Shown: positions 48,476 to 60,509 of the stretch, one piece after another
How positions within the stretch are numbered: position 1 is the first letter of the stretch
How the letters are laid out: every line of letters begins with the position of its first letter
Origin: Octopus sinensis
Lineage: Eukaryota
Assembly: GCF_006345805.1 (NCBI RefSeq)
Contig: NC_042998.1
Location: forward strand, 160,394,001 to 160,458,000
Direction of reading: 5' to 3'
Length of the DNA stretch: 64,000 nt
Notes under the pieces: model-generated
The model's database searches: none
Seen by the model: only the letters and a program-made list of their open reading frames with translations
Told to the model about the DNA's origin: nothing
Translations under genes and position numbers: made by a program

Positions 48476-49254
48476 ACTGTTTGCACATATGATTTTATAG
48501 GAATTTCAGCTTAAATCTTTCCTGATGACCCACCAAAAAACACAGTATAATCTTGAAGAACCTGATAGATATGCAAAGAATATTTTTATGATAATTATAA
48601 AAATATTAACCTGTAGTACATCAAAATTATATTGCATGGTTAGATTTTAACTGTTATATCTAAATAGGATAACAATAATAACCACAAAAATATTGTTCTT
48701 AGGATTGGTTAGAGCTTACTGTAGCCAAATTTGCTAAAGTAGCTATTGTATTTCATTTGAAGACGAAATGGCTGGAGTGACTTCTCTTATAGTCCCAGGC
48801 CAACCAATGTCTTCTGAGTGAATTTAGTTTGCAGAAACTGTTTGGAAGCATTTGACAACCAGTGTTGGTTGTCTCCTGTAACTTAAGGCTTTGGCAAAAG
48901 CGACTGATAGAAAAAGTACCAGACTTATAAAGAATAAGTACTGGGGGTTGATTTGTTTGACTAAAAGTTGTTCAATGTGAAGAGGTTTACTTTTAGACAT
49001 ATATCAAAAATGTCTTTGTAACAAACACACACACACTTATATATAATATACATACACATAAATATATAATTGGCGATATATGACACAAATGGAAGAAATA
49101 GAGCTCAATATAATGTGTTGGTGTATCTCAGGCAACATGCTTAGAGTGTGGTAAGAAAACAGGATAATGATGTTAGTTAAGGAAGACAAAAACAGGAAAT
49201 AAAAGATATAAAACAAATGAAACAAAATCAAACAAACCCTGGATAGACAATGTA

Positions 49255-49706
49255 TGCAATGGAAGGTCATATGTGTTTCAGTAAAACTCTGCACTATCAC
49301 ACATGGCTCTAATAACACAGGAATGGATGGCTGAAAATTTTCATGATCACATAACCCCTAACATTTGGCCCCCTAATTCCCCAGATCTCAATCCATTGGA
49401 CTATTACATGTGGAGCATTGTTGAGAGAGAGGTCAATGAACACGGTCATAACATCAAAAATTCTTTGAAAGCTGCCATAGTCAGTAATGTCCAAAATTAA
49501 CCAGGACCAACTGATTTGAGCATGTAGATGATTTAGATCTCATATAGAAGTTGTTGTTGAAGCTGAAGGTGGCTTTATTGAATAACATTATTGAAAAGAA
49601 AGTTTATTTTTATCTTCATGGCATTTTTTGATAAATAAAGTTATCTGTTATTATATATGTTTTTTATGAGCATAGATCTGTCCTCAAATATCTCATGCTC
49701 CCTGTA
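49255..49706 (+). mobile_element. Tc1/mariner (DD37D/maT-like) transposase 3' fragment with TIR
   Basis: WMAENFHDHITPNIWPPNSPDLNPLDYYMWSIVE; ends ..ctcatgctccctgta. Confidence 0.85.
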
Positions 49707-49756
49707 TATATCAAATTCAATAAAAGAAGGGTACAGTGAACATAACATGTTGAGTT

Positions 49757-49929
49757 AAAAATCCAACATTTCGGAGATTCTCTCTTCAGGGTAAAGTTGA
49801 AAGGAGAGAATTTAATGAGACATGGCTGAGTGTTTTAACTTAGAAGATATGAAACTATTCTGTCTCTCATTAATTGTGTGCCTTTCAGCTTCTCCCAGAA
49901 GAAGGACTCTGTCTGAAACATTAGATTTT
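49757..49929. repeat. Degenerate inverted repeat (~66-bp arms) with hammerhead-like core
   Basis: aaaatccaacatttcggagattctctcttcaggg..gagaca / tgtctc..cccagaagaaggactctgtctgaaacattagatttt. Confidence 0.65.
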
Positions 49930-51884
49930 CCAGTCCCCATGATCAATTCACTTTTTTATCGATTTTACTGAATAACACAAGTCTTTCCCATGCAGACGAA
50001 CACTGATCTCTTGAGTCTGGTCACACATATATGTATATATGTATGTGTCAATCAATCTATCAATCAATCATCATCTTATTTGTTTGTCACTACCTCTCTA
50101 GGCATTTAGACGTGCTCTTATCACTTATCCTATTGTCCTATTTTTCTTCAGCCTATGGAAGTTGGTTAAATCTTTAACCAACTTCTACAGATTCAACTAA
50201 CAACTATAAATATACAATGGAACAAATGCATTTGATCATGAAGTGATTGGTTTATGAATAATTTTTTTATCATAAAACATCTCAGATGACAATCAGTGTC
50301 TTGAGTAATGAACATGCAATCCAGCAACAACAACTGGTGTCAAGGTGTGAATATCAGCTGGAGAGCATCAGTCTAGCTTTCATTCAGTGCATGTCTCTAC
50401 TTGAATTCACTATGCCTTCTCTTAAGTTTCTTATGGGAAAAATAATTTTGTTTTACGAACACTTTGGGTGACGAACAGCCTTCAGGAACGAAACAAATTC
50501 ATAAATTGAGGTTACACTGTATTAGTTTTCTAAATCTTCAAATCTAATTCTGCTGCTGCTAAAAAATAAAAAGCTACAACATCCTATTTGACACCAATCA
50601 CTAACATTTCAGGTATCTGTTTTTATTTACCTTACCTTTTAGAAATAACGTCTATGTTCTCACCTGTCAGTTGTTAAAATGGAACCAAATATTATAGAAT
50701 TGTAATTAAAAAGAACATAGAATTATATATTTGATTTCAAAAAGACAGGAAGCTGATTAAAATATGATAACGAGAGGAAATCCTTGGTTGTCCTAATCTC
50801 TTGTCTCTATCGGTACCAGCCTGAGAAAGGATGCACTTAAATTTTCCCATGCTCTAAACTTTCTCTTTTTAACATCACTTAATTTGAAGGATTTTCAAGG
50901 CACACACAAACACACACAGGCATATACATGCACACACTCACACGTGCACTAAGATAATCACATCACCTTGTATGTACACTGAAAATTACATGTATATATT
51001 TTGGTTCCTGATATGCAGATCAGGTGAAAGAAAAAGAAAAAAAGAAATATATTACAACACTAGATATTAGTCTTATTGATAAGTATTTATGTGTGTGCAT
51101 ATTTATACACACACACACACACACACACACGTGTGTGTGTACATTTTATAATCTTTGAAGTTATGACTTTATCACATGATTATGAGCATTAGAAATTCAA
51201 ATTTTCTGTTCATTTTTCTGAATATGTTGTACTGGGTGTATTTTAGAGGTTATCCAGCAAGTCTCATCTGATTAAGGAGAATGACATCTGTGTTGATAAC
51301 AACAGATTTTTCAGTTTGTTCCCTCACCCTCTGTTTCCTCTTCTCTTCTCTCTTCTCTTTCTCTCTGTGAAGATGGCCCACATAATCATTTATAGTAAAT
51401 ACAAATTATTAAAAATAAATTTAAAAGAAAATAACACCAACAAAAATAAAACAGTGACAGGTGATGTATGTTTTAGATATCTACTTTTCTCTAGAAAGGA
51501 ACTTAATTTTAGAATGAATCTTATATCACTAATTTACTTTAACATTTCATTCATAGGATGTCTTATTTAAGTGCGTAATATGTCTTACGCCATTTACTGT
51601 GCTAAAATACTTTTATTTTTAATTCCCTTATCTTTTTTCTATTTGAAGTCAGAGCAGTTTCTGCAATGTGAAATGAAATCAGTTTCTCTTACTCAGCATT
51701 TCAACTTTGGCTCAGACTATTTCTTTCTCCAACATCATTATCATTTTAATGTCCACTCTTCTATGCTTGCATAGGTCAGACAGAATTTATTCAGGTAGAT
51801 TTTCTATGGCTTGATTCCTTTCCTGTTGTCATCCCTCACTGGTTTGTATGACAGTGACACTGTCTTATAATTATCATGTGAAGG

Positions 51885-52030
51885 TGCAGGGCATAGTGGT
51901 TAGGGTGTTGCACTCATGATTGCAAGATTGTGGGGTTTGATTCTCAGATCAGGCAGCACTTCATTTTCATGTTGCTCTAATCCACCCAGCTGTAAATGAG
52001 TAACCCTGTGATAGAATAGCCTTCGGACCA
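51885..52030 (+). mobile_element. tRNA-derived SINE, family D-related core
   Basis: catagtggttagggtg head; atttcatgttgctctaatccacccagctgtaaatgagta core. Confidence 0.65.
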
Positions 52031-52119
52031 AGGGGAATTTTCGTTTTCAAAGTGGTGCTTCAGCATGACCGTAGTTTAATGGCTGAAACAAGTTATGTGA
52101 TGTTAAGACTAAAGCACAC

Positions 52120-52280
52120 ACACACATGTTGGGCTTCTATCAGTTTCTGTCTACCGAATTCACTCACAAGGCTTTGGTTGGCCTAGGGCTGTAGTAGAAG
52201 ACACTTGCCCAAGGTGCCACACAGTGGGACTGAACCCGCAACCATCTGGTTGGGAAGCAAACTTCTTACCACACAGCTAC
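52120..52280 (-). mobile_element. SINE family A, 5' half
   Basis: ggtgccacacagtgggactgaacc...cttaccacacagcta. Confidence 0.82.
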
Positions 52281-53609
52281 ACTTTCCCCAAAATTCATGG
52301 CAGTATGTCTAAGTTAAGAATCATAATCCTCATAGCCACCATAATTAGCAGCCCCATCTTTATCACCATCATGAATGCTATAAGGTAACAATAGCATAAT
52401 TTGTGCATTTTCCTTTACTGGTGTCAACAAAACCCAGCTGAAAACAAGAGGAAATGAAATGAAATAACTCTTGAAAATTCTGATGATTCTTTAACACTCT
52501 ATTCTAGTTAAAACTGAAATATTACTACTTCTATTGGTAACAAATCCCTGCTGAGTCACTGTTTTTGGAATTTAATTTACTTCTGAAATGAACCAAATAG
52601 CAATGCTACAACCTTAACAACTCTTGTCTATGTCTTATATTCTTCAGGAATATATTATGAAACAAATATTTTGAAAAACTAAACAGTAATTATTACTAAA
52701 ATAAAATGTAACACTTTTGTTAATGAGCAATTCACAATAAGAAGTTTTCTGTGATTGACACTGATTAGCTCCATAAAAAAAAACAGCCTCCTTAAAACTC
52801 ACCATAGTTCTGGATAGTCACTCTTTGTAAGATCTTTAACCCTCTCTACTACAGAATATATATCTTTCATATCAAATCTTAGCCTAGTTTAGTCATATAA
52901 CAGCAACAACAACAAAACTGCAAAATGGATTCCCTAAGACAACTCTGTCGTATGTCTTGTTTACTTTTTCTAACATCACTGCAATGATTATAGTTTTCCT
53001 GAACTTGCTTAATCTATTCCTCTGCAATTCAAACATAATACTTACATTGCCTTACTTTCTAAGACTTTAACACTAAGCACTTTGTCACAGTTTTTCATCA
53101 ATAGAGCTACAAACTTCAAAGCCCCATTTCCTACTTGAGCTCTAATTCAAAATGATATGAAAATCATATTAACTACCACCACCATTCCACTCCTCTAATC
53201 TAGAAAGGCCTCTTAGAGCCCTGAATACTTCCATTCATTTATAGGCTTAAAGAATCATTCTGTACCGAAGAGACATTTGTAATGAGATATTAGATATTAA
53301 AGTTCACTAATTAACACATTTCCCTCAGGTTTTTTTAGTAATAATAGTTATCATAGTCCTATCTCATGGAATACACTTAAAAAATGCCAATTTATATTTT
53401 TATAAATCACTAAAATAATAAAGAGAATACATATTTGTATCAACTTGTATTGACTTCTGAACTTTGTAAATTTAAAAAGTGTCATCATGATCATTTCCCT
53501 TTCATAAACTCATTAGCAACATTTAGGTTGCAAGTTAGTATTACTAGACTGAACTATATGTACACACACATGCACGTATGCACACACACATACACACACA
53601 CACGCACAC

Positions 53610-55290
53610 ACAGGTGCAGGAGTGGCTGTGTGGTAAGAAGCTTGCTTCCCAACCACATGGTTCTGGGTTCAGTCCCATTGCATGGCACCTTGGGCAAATG
53701 TCTTCTACTATAGTCTTGGGCTGATTAAAGCTTTGTGAGTGGATTTGGTTGACAGAAACTGAAGGAAGCCTGATATATATATATATCTGTAAATATAATA
53801 TGTGACAATTATTCATGGCTACTGAATAACTGTCACATATTATATTTACAGATAAATTCCTCTATTTACATAATATCGAGGTCTCTTTCATTCTTTTGTC
53901 TTACCAGGCTCAATCTGATCTGGCACAGTTTCTACAGCTGGATGTCCTTCCTAACACCAACCACTCCGAGAGTGTAGTGGGTGCTTTTACATGCCACCGG
54001 CATGAGTGCCAGACAGGCAGTACTGGCAGTGATCACACTCAAAAGGTGTTTTTATGTGCTACCTGCACAGGAGCCAGTCCGGCTGCACTGGCAATGACTG
54101 CGCTTGAATGGTGCTTTTCCCATGTCACTGGGACAGGAGCCAGTCCATGACCCTGGCAATGATCATGCTCGGATGTGCTTTTAACATTCTACTGGAATGA
54201 GTGCCAATCAGGCAGCACTGTCATCGACCATGTCAACAATTTTGATTTTGATTTCACTTGCCTCAATATCTTTACAAGTAATGTTTATTGTCCAATGAAT
54301 GAGGGGTATTCTTAAATGGGCTGGTTACACCCACTGGCATAGGCCATGAGCTATGATCTCACTTAGCTTGTCAGGTCTTCTCAAGCACAGCATATCTCCA
54401 AAGGTCTCGGTCTCTAGTCATCGCCTCATTAAGGCCCAATGTTTGAAGGTTGTGCTTCACCACTTCATCCCAGGTTTTCCTGGGTCTACCGCTTCCACAG
54501 GTTCCCTCAACTGCTAGGGTGTGGCACTTTTTCACACAGATGTCCTCATTCATTCACAACACATGACCATACCAGCACAGTCGTCTCTCTTGCACACCAT
54601 ATCTGATGCTTTTTAAATCCTTTCAGGGTGCTTACACTCTGTCTTGTATTCACACTGACATTACACATCCATCGGAGCATACTGGCTTCATTCCTTGCAA
54701 GCTTACGCATGTCCTCAGCAGTCACAACCCATGTTTCACTGCCATATAGCATGGTTGTTTACACATATGCATCATACAGTCTACCTTTTACTCTGAGTGA
54801 GAGGCCCTTTGTCACCAGCAGAGGCAGGAGCTCTCTGAACTTTGCCCAGGCTATTCTTATTCAAGCACCTACATTATTAGAGCATCCATCCCTACTACTG
54901 ACTTGGTCCCCTAGGTAACGGAAGCTATCAACTACTTCTAGTTTTTGTCCCTGGAATGTGACAGAAGCTGTTTTCTGCACATTTTCAGTGTTTATAACTC
55001 CTGAGCATTTGCCACATACAAAACCTATCTTCCCATATTAATATATCATTGTAGTATCTTTTTGTATTGATATGTTTATATGTATGTATGTGTGTGTCTG
55101 TGTTTGTGCCCCTACTATCGCTTGACAACCGATGTTATTGTGGTTACATCCCCATAACTTAGTGGTTCAGCAAAAGAGACCAGTAGAATAAGTACTAGGC
55201 TTACAAAGAATAAGTCCTGAGCTCAATTTGTTCGACTAAAGGTGGTGCTCAGACATGAACACAGTCAGATGACTGAAATAAGTAAAAGAA
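53610..55290 (+). mobile_element. SINE family A split in its centre (5' half 53610-53775; 3' half 55060-55290)
   Basis: The two halves flank a hairpin and an RTE insertion. Confidence 0.75.
53903..55015 (-). mobile_element. RTE LINE 3' fragment
   Basis: MLYGSETWVVTAEDMRKLARNEASMLRWMCNVS; RPRKTWDEVVKHNLQTLGL. Confidence 0.9.
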
Positions 55291-55734
55291 ATAAAAGAAA
55301 TTATATATTGAAATTAAAATGTGAAAGTGTTATGATTTTTGAACAATAACTGATGAGGAGAGAACATATCCACATCTTGTGTATGAACTTTCTGTGTGTT
55401 CCTTTGTCGTCTTGTACAATTTTTTAAAATCTTGACTTTTGAAAATCATTGAACCAATGTATTTTCATTAGAAATGTGGCCATGAAAAGCTTAAGAAATG
55501 AACATTACCATTGTTTCTTTTCAAGAGTCTAAGTACAAGATGTTTCTTCATTATAAATAATTGTAATTTAGATATTTTTCACCCAACTTTTGTTGATTTC
55601 TTTTAACAAGTGTTTATAAAGAGTGGAGATATTCTATGTTGATCTTTCAACTCCTTATGTCTACTGGTATTTATTTGAGCCAAAAGCTTGTGTAAAGTGA
55701 TGTGACGTAGATAAATAGCATAGAGTAATCTTTT

Positions 55735-56090
55735 ATTCTTTTATTTGTTTCAGTCATTTGACTGTGGCCATGCTGGGGCACTGCCTTTAGTCAAGCAAAT
55801 CGACCCCAGAACTTATTCCTTGTAAGCCTTGTACATATTCTGTCAGACTCTTTTGCTGAGCTGCTAAGTTACGGGGATGTAAACACATCAGCATCGGTTG
55901 TCAAACATATACACACACACACATACACGACAGGCTTCTTTCAGTTTCCGTCTACCAAATCTACTTACAAAGCTTTGGTCAACCTAAGGCTATTGTAGAA
56001 GACACTTGCCCAAGGTGCCATGCAGTGGGACTGAACCTGGAACAATGTGGTTGGGAGCAGGCTACTTATCACACAGCCACTCCTGCACAC
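55735..56090 (-). mobile_element. Full-length SINE family A
   Basis: Reverse complement of the family A sequence. Confidence 0.88.
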
Positions 56091-56097
56091 GCACACA

Positions 56098-56145
<48 letters not shown>

Positions 56146-56285
56146 ATATATATATATATGGCATTAGGAAGAGTATCCCACCATAGAAACCATGCCAAGA
56201 CAGACAGGGAGCCTGTCTTTCACTGGTCAGCTCCTATCAATCTGGTCAACCCATGCCGGCATGGAAAACTGACATTAAATGATTA

Positions 56286-56344
<59 letters not shown>

Positions 56345-57040
56345 CTATGTAGTTTCATTAGACTTTAAGAAAGTTTTGTCTCAAGACTGGAGCATATCAA
56401 AATGTACTATTATACCAGTTTATATATTCCATACTTTCATTATAAAATGATATGATAGTAAAGAAGTGTAGGAGGAAGACCCTTAGCATGCCATCTATCT
56501 TAAGTGCATTTATTAGTACACAAGTTTTGTGTATTCCTGAATTTAAAATAAGGAAAGAAGTCCTGGGGCCTCCATATGGTTGCAATCAGACAGAAATCCT
56601 AAAATATCTTTTAGGCTTGTTGGATTTTAGTCACTAATGTGGAGAAGGATGGAAGATAAAATCCTGATTTCTATCCAAAAGTAAATTGTATCCAACTTTG
56701 CAATGAGTAGAAGTCTAACAAACAACTGTTAGGTTGGTGAGGCGAAAGAAGAAAAGAAGAAAAGAGTAGAAGATATATGATATAAACAAAACCAAAACAA
56801 AAAAATCAGAAAGGCCTGAAGAGTAATTTAGTTACCAATTTACTCATAAGAAATAAATTGATTCTGATAAACAGATGTGAAATTCTATAATCAAATGCCA
56901 AGTGAAATATAACAATACATTAACTAATTCTCAACACTCTTGGGGTGTCTCCTTGTAATGCCATGTGTGTCTCTGTCATTCGATCCAGCTTAATGTAATG
57001 TATTCAGTTATTTAGATGGAATTATTCATACATGTACATC

Positions 57041-57111
<71 letters not shown>

Positions 57112-57578
57112 TGTATGCAAGAGCAGGAGATGCATGTTACAGTTATATAGAAGAGTAATGCTTTGTACATACCAAATGGAAAAGTACTATGAGTATTGCA
57201 AGGCATTAGTTAATAGCAATTGATCAAGAAAGATTTAGAAAGAAATGATATAATGTTTGGTAAGACCTGGGAATGCAATGCTTCATAGTAAATATGATGA
57301 TAAGGAACATAGGAATAGAATGTATATTTTCTCTCCTCATTGCATTGAATGAGACAAAACCATTATGTATATAGTTGCAGAGGAGATGAGCTTTCTTGTA
57401 ACAGGAGGTGATGGCTTGAATAATATCAGTACTCTTCATTCAAATCATGAAACATGAAAGTTTTATAGAGATTATCCAGGTCACATGAGGTATTTTCTCA
57501 AAATAACAGTTAATTGTAGTATAGACACCATATATAGCTTGGTGCTAGTGTGTGTGATTGATACGATTGTAATAGTTT

Positions 57579-57805
57579 CTTATTTATTTACTGCCCACAA
57601 GGGGCTACACACAGAGGGGACAAACAAGGACAAACGGATTAAGTCGATTATATTGACCCCAGTGCGTAATTGGTACTTATTTAATTGACCCCAAAAGGAT
57701 GAAAGGCAAAATTGACCTTGGCAGAATTTGAACTCAGAACGTAGCGGCAGATGAAATACCGCTAAGCATTTCGCTTGGCGTGCTAACGTTTTTGCCAGCC
57801 CGCCG
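57579..57805 (-). mobile_element. Young SINE family B with alternative 3' tail and 11-bp TSD
   Basis: TSD tgtaatagttt (57568-57578, 57806-57816); tail gtttgtcccctctgtgtgtagccccttgtgggcagtaaataaata. Confidence 0.9.
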
Positions 57806-58389
57806 TGTAATAGTTTGCAGTATTTAAACCTGGGTTAATGTTGATTGAGCTGACTGAGAATGGAAGGCGTTCGAATATCCTGATCAAGACCATCTCAGTG
57901 TTTCAGGCATAGTGTATCTAGGAGCACATTTTCCAATTATTCATTTGAGAAGGATGTAATTTGAAGTAGATTTGATTGCTATTTCTAGCAGATTAAGAAA
58001 TTCTGTTAAAAGGTCCTTTGTGGATTAACAAGAACCTCAAATGGAGATTTTACACAATCAACAACTTAATCCTTTACAGTAACTGTATATGAAAGAGTGA
58101 AAGAGAGAGAGAGAGAGATGAAAAAGAGAGAGAGAGAAGGGAGACAGAGAAAATAGGTCAAGGACAAGCTACTTAATTATTTTTAATGAAAGAAATGGGG
58201 AAGATTACTTTGATCTGAATGTGGTTGAGAATGCCAATAATTAGAAGAGATGATCCAAATACGAGAACATTACTCATATTGGCCTTATAAGACAATTGCA
58301 GTGTAGTGTTTGTTTTGTTTTTTTTCTTGGTTGAGATGGAAAAACCCATGTTTGTTTGAAATCATTACTTTGACAATACCAAGAATAGA

Positions 58390-58620
58390 AGAATTGCAGT
58401 ACGTAAGACAGCTTTGCTAGAATGACTCTTGTCAATCAAAGGTATTCCAACCATGGTCATCCAATGTATGGGAAGGTATCTATATATCTATCTGTGTCTC
58501 TCTGCCTGCCTGCCTGTTTGTTCGTTTGTCCAATATGTCTTCCTTTTTTAAGATTATAGGGTTGACTTTAGGGAGATTCAATAGCTATTTCTATAAGTTT
58601 ATGCTCTAGTCAGCACCAAT
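58390..58620 (+). mobile_element. SINE-like repeat family C
   Basis: caatcaaaggtattccaaccatggtcatcc...gggagattcaatagctatttct. Confidence 0.6.
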
Positions 58621-59684
58621 ACAACTGAACTATAAATAAAAGTATTCTGACTGTGAAAATCCTATGTAGAGTCTCCTTCATTGATTTGAGCGTGTCTGGT
58701 GAATCCAAGAAGTGGGTGACGTGAAGAGTTTTATAGTTTTAATGCTTACTCAATAGATATAAATGTTTTGATTCAATTAACCAACCTTGGATATTATGTT
58801 TGTACATATACACATAACTGTAGTTGATGTTCATGAAAAAACAAAAAAACAAACAAAAGCCAAACTGTTTGCAAATGGTGCAAGAATGGTTGTATGGTTA
58901 AGAAGTTCACTTTACTGTTGTGTGATTTTTGGTTCTTTCACTCTACTTGACATCTTGGGCAAGTATCTTCTGCTGTAGCCTTGGGCCAACCATTGCCTTC
59001 TGAGTGGATTTAGTATATAGAAAATGTACAGAAGCTCATTGTGTGTGTTTGTGTATGTGTTTGTATACACTTGAGCCTAAATCATTTGAAATACAAGCCC
59101 GAGACTGTATCAATTGGCAGTGTTCCATCACTATTGGAAGCCAAAACTTCAAAGCCACCAGATGAGAAAAGGAAGAAATCAAATGACAGGAGAGAAGGGC
59201 TTAACAAAATCAACTGCATCCTCCACCAACATTACCATGCAGTCAAGAATTGCATCAAAACCATCACCATAAGGGAAGCATTCAGTAAGGAAGAAACTAA
59301 ATTCTCAGATACTAGATAAAGCTGCTGCTGCTGCTGATGATGATTATGTGTATGCACATACTTCTTTGCACTTTGTTCTCACTATTTGATCACCAGTGTT
59401 GGTTTGCTTATATCCCTGTCATTAATTAGAGACCAGTAGAATTAATATCAAACTTATAACAGTAAGATCTGGAGCCAATTTGATTTGCCCTTGCTGGAGT
59501 ACCATTTTGAAGGGTTCATATGATGAAATTGGTCCCAGTTTAGTATTTGAAACACATAAAAGAACACAGAGAAAATGACTTTCTTGTTTTTCCCTTTCAT
59601 GTTCATTTTTCCAAGCAATGGGATTTATTCATGTTTGTGTGTACATGTGCACATGCGTATCTGTCTTCTCCCCTCTCATTCACT

Positions 59685-59725
<41 letters not shown>

Positions 59726-59744
59726 AGAGAGAGAGAGAGAGAGA

Positions 59745-60255
59745 GGGAGGTGGTGAAGCATGACCTTCGAACATTAGGCCTCACTAAGGCAATGGCTAGT
59801 GACCGAGACCATTGGAAATATGCTGTGCATGAGAAGACCCAGCAGGACAAATGAGACCATAACCTGTGGCCTTTACCAGGGATGTAGCCAGCCCACTTAT
59901 GCATACCTTTCCTTCTTTGGGCACAAAACTATGTTTGCGAAGACCTGTTGAGGCAAGTGAAATCGAAATTGAATTTGAAATCAAAACAAATTTGAATACT
60001 GGTACCCATACCAACCTCCCTTCATTGGACACTAAACTCTACTTACAAAGACCTGTTGGGGCAAATGAAATCGAAATTGAACCAAATTTGATGACTGGTA
60101 CTCATGCCAGTGGAGCACTAACAGATCCATCTGAGCGGGATCACTGCCAGATCAGATTGGAGCCTGGCGCAGCTATCTGGTTCGCCAGTCTTCAGTCAAA
60201 TTGTCCAACCCATGCAAGCATGGAAAGCAGACGTTAAAGGATGATGATGATGATA
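59745..60255 (+). mobile_element. RTE 3' end with a ~105-bp UTR duplication
   Basis: VVKHDLRTLGLTKAMASDRDHWKYAVHEKT; duplicated unit at ~59909 and ~60017; (gat)n tail. Confidence 0.88.
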
Positions 60256-60289
60256 TATATATACACACTCACACACACACACATAAATT

Positions 60290-60327
<38 letters not shown>

Positions 60328-60370
60328 GTATATGTGTTTCTACATACACATGCTTGTGTATGTATATGTA

Positions 60371-60427
<57 letters not shown>

Positions 60428-60509
60428 GTACGTATGTATGAATGTATAATTTTATATCAATTGCGGTGTTGAATAAGAAACTTAATTTGTTTTTTTTTTT
60501 ATTTAAACA

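Noticed and set aside
50465-50500. gtgacga..cc-ttca-gg..cgaaac hammerhead-like motif
   Set aside because: C3 is mutated, and no cleavage triplet or stem I
51106-51141. (CA)n(GT)n self-complementary run
   Set aside because: Ordinary juxtaposed microsatellites
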